A DNA stretch of 13,783 nucleotides from Thermoproteota archaeon. GTDB lineage: Archaea > Korarchaeota > Korarchaeia > Korarchaeales > Korarchaeaceae. The stretch spans positions 1-13,783 of the forward strand of contig JAOZFI010000038.1 in the NCBI GenBank assembly GCA_027491395.1, read 5' to 3'. The notes under the pieces were generated by a model that saw nothing but the letters and a program-made list of their open reading frames with translations, ran no database searches and was not told the DNA's origin. Each line of letters begins with the position of its first letter. Position 1 is the stretch's first letter. Position numbers and translations under genes: made by a program. Positions 7,290 through 13,783 of the stretch are shown here, piece after piece.

Positions 7290-7458
7290 TCCTTCAAACT
7301 TGACTGTGACAGGTTGGAAGGATCGGATCTCGAGTTCGCGGAGCTCCACTCATCCATAGATGATATGTCCAAGAGGTTCCCTGAGCTCGAAAGGGAAATA
7401 GGAAAGGTGCTCAGGTCCCTAGTGGAGTCAAACGACGACTGGGATTGATCCGATCTGC

Positions 7459-8142
7459 CTAGCTTAAGGTCAGGATACTACCTGCCATAACCTCGCATAG
7501 CTTCTCGGAATATTTCCTCCTGAGATAGCTTACGGATCCACCACCACTGCAATGGGCTGGGCATATCTTCTGGCTCATTTCAGCGAGCTCATCGAGGACG
7601 CGCTTGCTGGGCATGTGAAAGCCTCCCACAACTAAGAATACGTCGATACCGCTGGTATCCCTCGCCGTCCTGACCAAGCTATGGACCCCGGGGTGGGAGC
7701 AGCCCACCACGACTACCAACCCCTCATCAGTCGAGATCGCCAGCGCCTGCTCCGAGATCCACCCAGCGCTCAAGGGGCCCGTCAGCCAGAATCCCCTCTC
7801 CACTTCCAGAGGGGAAGAGACCGGCAAGGGATTCAGATCCCATCCCCTTAGATACCCGAGGTCCCCCGGAGGTGAGTAGACCTTCAAATCCTTGGCCACA
7901 CTACCTACGTACCGGAAGCCCCCGTAATGATCGCCGTGATGATGGCTCAGAACCGCGAAGTCGAGATGCGAGAGGTCCAAGCCCAGCCTTTCAGCGTTGA
8001 ACTTCAGAGTGGAGGGGCTCGCTCCAGCGTCGAAGAGGATCCTGCGTCCGTGAGCTTCAATGTGAGCGCTCCATCCCCACTCCCTCCTGAGGTCCTCCTT
8101 GGCCCTGTTATCCACGACCACCGTTAGCCGCACATCAGCCAC
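7459..8142 (-). CDS. Metallo-beta-lactamase-fold hydrolase, COG1237 / MJ0301-like family (cytoplasmic)
   Basis: VVVDN, EWGWS, ILFDAG, SHHHGDHYGG, EQAL, GCSHPG, GGFH, PAHCSG. Confidence 0.88.
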   Translation of the reverse strand: MADVRLTVVVDNRAKEDLRREWGWSAHIEAHGRRILFDAGASPSTLKFNAERLGLDLSHLDFAVLSHHHGDHYGGFRYVGSVAKDLKVYSPPGDLGYLRGWDLNPLPVSSPLEVERGFWLTGPLSAGWISEQALAISTDEGLVVVVGCSHPGVHSLVRTARDTSGIDVFLVVGGFHMPSKRVLDELAEMSQKICPAHCSGGGSVSYLRRKYSEKLCEVMAGSILTLS

Positions 8143-8950
8143 CCTCCCACCTTATCACAGATCCGACGTGGCCGTCCCTGTAGGCTTCGGGGAGGTGTTC
8201 CCTAATGAAGGACCTAGCCTCATCCCCGGAGCAGTGTAGGGGGTACACCTCCTTCACGCCTACTTCCTTCATCGCCTCCACTATCCTCTTTAGCCTGTCG
8301 GTACCAGCTCCGATCAGGTGGAAGCCTCCGATAACGGCATACAGGTTACCTGTCAAGTTACAGGCTCTCTCAATCATCCTTTCGATCCTAGGATGGGCGC
8401 AGCCCACAAGGAGGATCCACCCCTTCGGCCCCCTGACCAAGAGACCTTGCTCGTAAGGAGGACCATACATGGATCCCGTGGTCATTACTCCATCCGCAAG
8501 CTCCGTTGGTTCCTTTAACTCTAAGACAGTGAGCCCTCTCGCCCTATAAGACTCCAGTAAGCTCCTACTGAATCCCCAAGGGACGTAAAACTTCACCTCG
8601 GGGTTAAGTCCGAATATATAGGGCAGGCCCCCTACGTGATCCCCGTGCTCATGGGAGAGGACGATCAGTCCCACTGACGACAGGTTTACCCCGAGTGATT
8701 CGGCGTTTTTCCTTAAAATGTGAGGATCTGGGCCCGTGTCGAAGAGCACTTGAGCTCTATTGACCCTGACTAAAGCAGAAAATCCCCAAGCCGCCATGAG
8801 ACCGCCTTGAGGTGCAGGATTATTGTCGACGAGGATCACCACTTCAACCACCAAGGAGCCACCTTTAGGGCCTACGCTGGGTTCCTTGGATCTGGATGCT
8901 ACATGAAAGGGGAGGATCAGGAGGGTAGCAACCGTCAGCACCGCCGCCAA
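8135..8950 (-). CDS. Metallo-beta-lactamase-fold hydrolase, COG1237 / MJ0301-like family, with N-terminal hydrophobic leader
   Basis: ILVDN, AWGFS, VLFDTG, SHEHGDHVGG, EQGL, GCAHP, GGFH, PLHCSG. A hydrophobic N-terminus precedes the catalytic domain. The TTG start is uncertain. 8-nt overlap with the downstream paralog. Confidence 0.85.
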   Translation of the reverse strand: MAAVLTVATLLILPFHVASRSKEPSVGPKGGSLVVEVVILVDNNPAPQGGLMAAWGFSALVRVNRAQVLFDTGPDPHILRKNAESLGVNLSSVGLIVLSHEHGDHVGGLPYIFGLNPEVKFYVPWGFSRSLLESYRARGLTVLELKEPTELADGVMTTGSMYGPPYEQGLLVRGPKGWILLVGCAHPRIERMIERACNLTGNLYAVIGGFHLIGAGTDRLKRIVEAMKEVGVKEVYPLHCSGDEARSFIREHLPEAYRDGHVGSVIRWEGG

Positions 8951-9024
8951 GGTTATCTTAACCCTCGTAAGAAGGTCACCATTTTAGAAGGCAGGAACTC
9001 GTTTAAAGTTTCATTTCTCGATTG

Positions 9025-10017
9025 TTAACGGACCAGCCTCACCACGGTATACTTACCATCTTTGTACAGCTTGACCTTCCCGTCCCTTTCCATCTTCCTC
9101 AATCTCCTCCAGACGGTCGTCCTCGGGGCATCCACTGCTTTAATAATATCAGACTGCATGGCTTGCCCTCCCCTCTCCTCCAAAAACTTCAATATCCTTA
9201 CCTCCAAGTCATCGGGCCCTTCCTCGTGCGCGTAGCCTATAGAGCGTTTCCTGATGAGTAGGGAGAGCAGCCCCATCACGAGGAGAATTGCTGGTATCGC
9301 GTAAATGAGAAAAGGCGTACCATCCGTGGGCTGTTCTCGCTCGTTTTCTGGTAGATTTCTGTCATTGATAGCCGTATTGGGGTACCTGCTCTGGAGGCTT
9401 ACGGGAGTTGTGTTCCCTCTAACAGTACGGTTGGCCTGGATGGTGATCCCCTCTCCCCCTTTCTCTGTTGGTAACTGAACTGAACTAGTCTTGGGCGGTG
9501 CGATGGGCAACCTGCCCGTCTTGTAAGCGAGCCATATCCTCCCCGTGTCGAAAGTTATCTTTATCCAGTCATTCTCAAGATCTATGGTGGAGGGAATCCC
9601 GGACATTCCCAGAATTACGCTGTCTTTGGGCAGGAAAATCTGTAAGGAATCGACATCCAAGTCTAGGGTGAGATTCCACACCACTCCATTCTTGGATGTC
9701 AGGGAGGGCGTCTGGTATGAAATCGTAAGGTGCCTCGAGCCCATCGGATTTACCGTTAGAAGAAGGCCTTTCAAGGTATAATTCAAAATTAGACCATCTC
9801 CTTGGACTAGGAGGTTGTGAGGCTCTCCATCTAACTTTATCGAGACATTGGACTCCTCTCCTGACAGGTCTAAGTCCATCTTAATGTCTACCCAACCATC
9901 GGGGAAGATCGTGATATCAGCGTTATAAATTGGAGCACCAAGCGAGTTTGCCAGTGGGATGATGTAGGTTAAGATCAGGAACAGGCTCAGCGCCTTGTAC
10001 TCCGACGACGCCCGCAA
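9025..10017 (-). CDS. Membrane-anchored transcriptional regulator (COG2512-like): signal peptide, extracellular beta domain, linker, TM helix, C-terminal wHTH
   Basis: N-terminal hydrophobic signal, beta-rich domain (ITIFPDGWVDI, SYQTPSLTSK), Pro/Thr linker, TM FLIYAIPAILLVMGLLSLLI followed by RKR, then EVRILKFLEERGGQAMQSDIIKAVDAPRTTVWRRLRKMERDGKVKLYKDG. GGGAGG RBS before the TTG. Confidence 0.85.
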   Translation of the reverse strand: MRASSEYKALSLFLILTYIIPLANSLGAPIYNADITIFPDGWVDIKMDLDLSGEESNVSIKLDGEPHNLLVQGDGLILNYTLKGLLLTVNPMGSRHLTISYQTPSLTSKNGVVWNLTLDLDVDSLQIFLPKDSVILGMSGIPSTIDLENDWIKITFDTGRIWLAYKTGRLPIAPPKTSSVQLPTEKGGEGITIQANRTVRGNTTPVSLQSRYPNTAINDRNLPENEREQPTDGTPFLIYAIPAILLVMGLLSLLIRKRSIGYAHEEGPDDLEVRILKFLEERGGQAMQSDIIKAVDAPRTTVWRRLRKMERDGKVKLYKDGKYTVVRLVR

Positions 10018-10080
10018 CTTTGCCTCCCTCTTTGAGAAAAGAAGGGGAGGGTATTAATTATTCCCTCACGGGATCGGAGG

Positions 10081-11229
10081 TTAGCCTCTTCCCTTTCCTA
10101 CCTTGTTGCGTCCTTTCCCCTGTTCCCTGCCATGTTCTTCTTTTTCCTTTCCTTTGCCGTGATCTATGGTTACAGGAACTGTCTTATTGCTCTGGCTAGC
10201 TCCCTTTCCATGCCTCTGTTCGTGCAATTCGGTCACATTAACATTTTCAGGTTCAGGGACATTTAGTGTCCTGTTCTTGTCATGGCCGTAATGTCTGTGC
10301 ACCAAGGCTTCGACGGAGCTGGTCTTTAGAGCCCTAACTATTTGGGACATAAGGTTATTGGCCTCGGTCATCAGTTTCACTGCTCCTTGGACATCCCCGA
10401 TGAGGATAAGTCCCTCGGACTGGTTAAGGAGGATTTCTACCCTTTTAGCGATATCTCGCTCCGAGCTAACGTTAACCCCAGAACTCTCAGCTGCTTCTAT
10501 AGCCGCCTCTAATCTACTAAGCCTTATCTTATGCCTCAAAAGGGCGGAGAACAGTCCTGGCGGGATTCTTGCGTGACCTGTCGTGTTAGTTGAAGTTGTA
10601 TTTGCGGGCGTCTCAGGCATCGCTGGAGGGGTCGCGCTCAGATCGAGGCACATGGAGAGGTGCACATAGGCTTTCCCTATTATATTAAGGGCCTTCAGAG
10701 CCAATTTTGCAGCTTGCCTATAGTTTCCAGCCTGTAGGCTAGCCTTGGCTGCTGTAGCGAACCCATCGGCCCTGCTGATGAGAGTGGTTACCCCTTGGTT
10801 CAGGTGAAGGCACATCCCGGACACTCGAGTTCCGTTCATCTCCACTTCCGCTTCAATCTGGACGGAGTTCGTCTCCGTGGCGTTCTCATTTCCCAATGTC
10901 TCATTGCGCTGAAGTAAAGTTTCAGTGTAGTTTGTGGCGAGACTATCTGAAACCGTTGAAGTTGCTTCAGTGGACGTAATGTTCTCCGAAGTTCCTGTGG
11001 AAGCAAGGCCTCCTATCGAAGCAGCTGTGTCGTTGTTTGCATTCTCACCTTCATAGAGAGCGACTAGGCTCAATAGCTCAGCTCTTGCCCTCTGATATAA
11101 ATCCAATAGATAGGTCGCAGTATATTGGTCCACAGCTGAGGCTGACATTGTGCCCGTGAGCAGCACCAGTAAGAGGACAAACGCAGACAGTAAGATTAGG
11201 GTTGGCTTTGATTTAGCGGCCCATCTCAT
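10081..11229 (-). CDS. Secreted/exported glycoprotein of unknown function with helical bundles, Ser/Thr/Asn-rich linkers and a His/Gly/Lys-rich tail
   Basis: Signal peptide (MRWAAKSK + hydrophobic core + ASA), 13 N-x-S/T sequons by my count, two Cys, C-terminus HGKGKEKEEHGREQGKGRNKVGKGRG. GGGGG RBS. Confidence 0.8.
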   Translation of the reverse strand: MRWAAKSKPTLILLSAFVLLLVLLTGTMSASAVDQYTATYLLDLYQRARAELLSLVALYEGENANNDTAASIGGLASTGTSENITSTEATSTVSDSLATNYTETLLQRNETLGNENATETNSVQIEAEVEMNGTRVSGMCLHLNQGVTTLISRADGFATAAKASLQAGNYRQAAKLALKALNIIGKAYVHLSMCLDLSATPPAMPETPANTTSTNTTGHARIPPGLFSALLRHKIRLSRLEAAIEAAESSGVNVSSERDIAKRVEILLNQSEGLILIGDVQGAVKLMTEANNLMSQIVRALKTSSVEALVHRHYGHDKNRTLNVPEPENVNVTELHEQRHGKGASQSNKTVPVTIDHGKGKEKEEHGREQGKGRNKVGKGRG

Positions 11230-11285
11230 TTGAGAAATCCCCCTTCTATGTCGAGTGCAGGCTGTGATTTAACGGCGCTCTTTGA

Positions 11286-11315
11286 GCATTGGGCGCCCAG
11301 TAAGCGCCCAAATGC
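11286..11315. promoter_or_regulatory. GC-rich inverted/direct repeat element just upstream of the putative TATA box (11267-11272, minus strand) of the secreted-protein gene
   Basis: TTGGGCGC-CCAGTAA-GCGCCCAA (11289-11311), extendable with one bulge. It contains the perfect palindrome TGGGCGCCCA (11290-11299) and GCGCCCA twice at 11-bp spacing. Function is inferred. Confidence 0.4.
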
Positions 11316-11411
11316 ACGAGTTTTGTAGCCATGATACCTTGGAGTCCTAGAACAGCCTTTATGCAAGCTGTCATGATAGTCTCCCTTCTTTACTTGTCAA
11401 CGGTTGGCTCA

Positions 11412-12014
11412 TCATAGCCAGCGTCTACCCACAATCTCAGTAACCGATTCAAGTATGAGGTACCTCCGGACCTTTCCGAGAAAACTCTTAAAAGCGCGCT
11501 CCACATTATTCCCCCTGAGTGCTGAGATCTTCCAGACATCTGCTCTTATTCCCAGGAGGGGCACCATCTGCTTGGGCTCTCTGGCTATTGGGAGGTCGTG
11601 CTTATTGGAGAATATAACCAAGGGAAATCCTGACCCCAGAACTTCCCTAGCCTCTTGGTATTGCTCCATGGCATAAACTAGATGGGCAGGTTGTGTGGCA
11701 TCTATCAGAAGTATGACACCATCCTTACCCCTTAATAGGGCTTTCCTAGCTCCTGAAAAGGCTATCTGCCCCGGAGTTCCTGTTATGGTGACCTTCCATA
11801 TCTCGTTCGATGGGTCTACTGAGTCAATCTGGTCCCTCCTGTATATCCTGTTCTCCGTAGCGTCCCACAGGACTATGCCGTAGTCGAAGCCAACGGTGGT
11901 TGAGAAGGTACCCTTGGAGTAGTCCATCCTGACGGCCCAAGGATCGAGCCTCCTTATCAACGTCGATTTACCGGCCTGATGGGGTCCTATCACCACGATC
12001 TTCATCTTCTTCAT
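11412..12014 (-). CDS. Small Ras-like GTPase, MglA/CvnD-like (COG2229)
   Basis: G1 GPHQAGKST, G2 STTVGFDYG, G3 GTPGQ, LLIDAT, G4 NKHD, G5 ISAL. Confidence 0.88.
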   Translation of the reverse strand: MKKMKIVVIGPHQAGKSTLIRRLDPWAVRMDYSKGTFSTTVGFDYGIVLWDATENRIYRRDQIDSVDPSNEIWKVTITGTPGQIAFSGARKALLRGKDGVILLIDATQPAHLVYAMEQYQEAREVLGSGFPLVIFSNKHDLPIAREPKQMVPLLGIRADVWKISALRGNNVERAFKSFLGKVRRYLILESVTEIVGRRWL

Positions 12015-12045
12015 CGTTGGGGCCCTCCAGCTCTCTAGACCTCTA

Positions 12046-12795
12046 TCACCTCCTCCTCAGAGCCATCACCAAGAGAATAGCCACGAGAACACCGATAACA
12101 CCTAAACCGATCAGTCGTAAGTCCATCGGCGACCTTTCTTGAGATTCAGGGGTTACCGTTACCGAAAGTACCCTAGTCAGGGTGACGTTTCTGGTCAGAG
12201 TGGCTGTTTCTGTTACATTTTGAGTCACTGTCCTGAGAATAGTCAGGGTAGTTATGTTGATCTGGGTAAAAGTTGTCGTCTCCGTTGCAGTGACCGTCTG
12301 AGTTACCGTCTGAAGGTATTCCAAGGCTTTCGTCACCGTCTCCGTCAAGGTCACTGTGGTGACGTTGGTGATGGTCTGAGGTACTGGTACCACGATCGAG
12401 AAGTGTTCCATGTCAGCATCGAACCATCCAGAGGATGAATCCTTCATCTTCAAAATAGCGGTGTATGAATAGGATCCTGGATCTATGGGTCTCTCGAAGT
12501 TTAGAGTTACCGTCTTCTCCTCGGATATGGCTCCTACTGAATACCTAATGGATTCCGCGAGGTACTCGCCGGTCGAATCGTCCCTTACGAGTACCACGTA
12601 ATAGCCAGGGGAGTCGAACTGGACCTTAATCCTAATTTCGATGGTGACTTTGACGGCTGTCTCATTAAGGGGAGTTTCCTCCGTGTTTATACCAGTTATC
12701 CATCCCTCCGTGGCAGCACTCCTTGCCAGAGGGATGGATAACATAGCTAATAGAACCACTATACCCAGCTTCAGATGTAACGGTGGAATTTTCAT
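12046..12795 (-). CDS. Cell-surface protein: signal peptide, Ig-like beta domain, Thr-rich stalk, C-terminal TM anchor + RRR
   Basis: MKIPPLHLK + hydrophobic core; beta-strand domain with PGSYSYTAIL; about 80 aa of T-x-T periodicity with N-x-T sequons; IGLGVIGVLVAILLVMAL-RRR. I prefer ATG 12795 (GGTGA just upstream, TTTTAA about 27-32 nt upstream) over the track start 12816. Confidence 0.82.
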   Translation of the reverse strand: MKIPPLHLKLGIVVLLAMLSIPLARSAATEGWITGINTEETPLNETAVKVTIEIRIKVQFDSPGYYVVLVRDDSTGEYLAESIRYSVGAISEEKTVTLNFERPIDPGSYSYTAILKMKDSSSGWFDADMEHFSIVVPVPQTITNVTTVTLTETVTKALEYLQTVTQTVTATETTTFTQINITTLTILRTVTQNVTETATLTRNVTLTRVLSVTVTPESQERSPMDLRLIGLGVIGVLVAILLVMALRRR

Positions 12796-12957
12796 TTTCA
12801 CCCATGTGATGTGCATGGTGCTTAAAAGGGTAAAACATGGAAGTGCGGAGACGATCCATTCCCATTCAATTTTTATCGATGAGTGAGAACAGAAAGAATT
12901 GTAAGTTATGGATATATTGGAGGAGCACTGCGCTTACAGGAAAGGGGGCTGCGGAAA

Positions 12958-13783
12958 TTGGAAAGTGCCATAGCCTTGCTGTTCTTCGCCATCATAATAC
13001 TGCTCATGATCGGCTTAGTCGTTCAAATACAAGCGGATTTCGTCTCTCTTTCAAACAATGTGCAGAAGATACTGGCTCTTGAGAGGGAAAGGGCAAAGGA
13101 GAACGCTGAGATAAATTGGATGGGAAGGTATGATGTTACATTGAGGAACCTCGGCACCAATACCAGCATAAGGTACATCTATGTTTACGTTAATGGCTCT
13201 AGGGTGCCGAACTTCCGCTTAAAAGTGGAGGACCTAGTGGCCATCGTGAATGGTACCCTGAGACCGCACTACTACTCAGAAGGCCTTCCACTGGGTCCTA
13301 ACGTCAGGGTGAGGCTGAACTTGGAGCAGTTCGGGCACTGGAGGATCCTCTACAATCTGAACCAGATAGCCAGCGGCTCCTCCACATTACTACAGGTCCC
13401 CCTTCCATCAGACACGGATCCCGCCAAATACTTCCCAGATGAGCAGTTCCTGAACGCAAGCTGGCTGGACTTCGGGGCTGATGGCTACGCTCTCTATAGG
13501 AATCTGTCCTCCGTCACGAGACCCAAGGTAAGCACGGGCCTAGCGTCTGGAGAGAACTGGACTGCCTGCCTCTGGCTTAAGATCATAGGTCACAGGAACT
13601 GGGGTAGCCCGTGGACGGTATTGGACATGGACTCTATTCAGATTATGGTGGATCCCAACTTCGATGGGGGAGAATATCACCCCAAGGTCTTCCTGAGGGT
13701 CTCTGGAACCGACCTAGTCCAAGAAACAGATTACGCGAATGCCACCGATTGGAACCATTACTGCCTCGTCTCCAATGGTACCC
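12958..13783 (+). CDS. Surface protein with archaeal pilin/FlaF-FlaG-like N-terminal domain and LamG/ConA-like domain; 3'-truncated and absent from the ORF track
   Basis: Frame is open from GTG 12883 to the window end. From TTG 12958 (AGGGGG RBS): MESAIALLFFAIIILLMIGLVVQ...ERERAKENAEI...VTLRNLGTNTSIRYIYVYVNG...WTACLWLK...WNHYCLVSNG. 8 N-x-S/T sequons. Start uncertain (12883 or 12958). Confidence 0.75.
   Translation, partial: MESAIALLFFAIIILLMIGLVVQIQADFVSLSNNVQKILALERERAKENAEINWMGRYDVTLRNLGTNTSIRYIYVYVNGSRVPNFRLKVEDLVAIVNGTLRPHYYSEGLPLGPNVRVRLNLEQFGHWRILYNLNQIASGSSTLLQVPLPSDTDPAKYFPDEQFLNASWLDFGADGYALYRNLSSVTRPKVSTGLASGENWTACLWLKIIGHRNWGSPWTVLDMDSIQIMVDPNFDGGEYHPKVFLRVSGTDLVQETDYANATDWNHYCLVSNGT

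Larger units (their letters stand above)
6781..7448 (+). pseudogene. Disrupted gene for a ~196-aa hypothetical protein (three lesions)
   Basis: Three edits give one continuous frame from TTG 6781 to TGA 7448: remove one copy of a 10-bp tandem duplication (6810-6829), add 1 nt near 6985, and remove a 68-bp duplication+insert (7222-7289). Product: MLSSEMVFVRPLLFAKKSKLVGYKDPCSGQKVSREDLATKVIMAALQWL...KEKGLLLSRRVRVH...RKGFGRYKGRILKSFKLDCDRL...ESNDDWD. Confidence 0.75.

Noticed and set aside
5591-8950. A beta-lactam resistance regulon (BlaI/BlaR plus beta-lactamases)
   Set aside because: The MBL-fold proteins are COG1237-type rather than class B beta-lactamases, have no TACTAC-N5-GTAGTA site upstream, and the protease has no penicillin-binding domain.
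10028-11286. Shared 9-mers (CTCTTTGAG at 10028 and 11278; TTTGAGAAA at 10031 and 11229) upstream of the regulator and secreted-protein genes
   Set aside because: Too short and at inconsistent distances from the starts to distinguish from chance without comparative data.
12150-12380. Quasi-repeats (CCGTCT, GTTACCGT) in the surface protein gene
   Set aside because: Explained by Thr/Val/Glu codon periodicity in the T-x-T stalk, not a DNA-level repeat element.
12837-13082. 81-aa ORF containing 'GKGAAEI', superficially a class III signal motif
   Set aside because: No hydrophobic segment follows in that frame. The overlapping frame (12883/12958 to the window end) is open and protein-like without invoking a frameshift.

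Overview
Gene-dense chromosomal window from a probably thermophilic archaeon (inferred from archaeal TATA-type promoters, GGTGA/GGAGG RBSs, heavy AGG/ATA codon use, N-glycosylation-sequon-rich surface proteins and a Thermococcales-like glycerol cluster). Left to right it holds: (1) a glycerol-3-phosphate catabolic operon (partial glycerophosphodiester phosphodiesterase, FAD G3P dehydrogenase, NAD(P)H oxidoreductase, DUF1667 Cys-rich subunit); (2) an ABC-2 exporter transcribed divergently from a BlaI/MecI/CopY repressor plus a sensor-less BlaR1/M48-M56 Zn protease, with two TACTAC-N5-GTAGTA operators next to the two TATA boxes; (3) a pseudogene with three lesions, one of which is a 33-bp repeat / 35-bp insert / 33-bp repeat with CRISPR-like geometry and ends; (4) two tandem COG1237-type metallo-beta-lactamase-fold hydrolases; (5) a membrane-anchored wHTH regulator downstream of a secreted glycoprotein gene; (6) an MglA-like small GTPase behind a Thr-rich surface protein; (7) a 3'-truncated pilin/archaellin-accessory-like protein with a LamG domain that the ORF track missed. 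I found no rRNA, tRNA, transposase, integrase or cas genes. All family calls come from motif recognition, not database searches.
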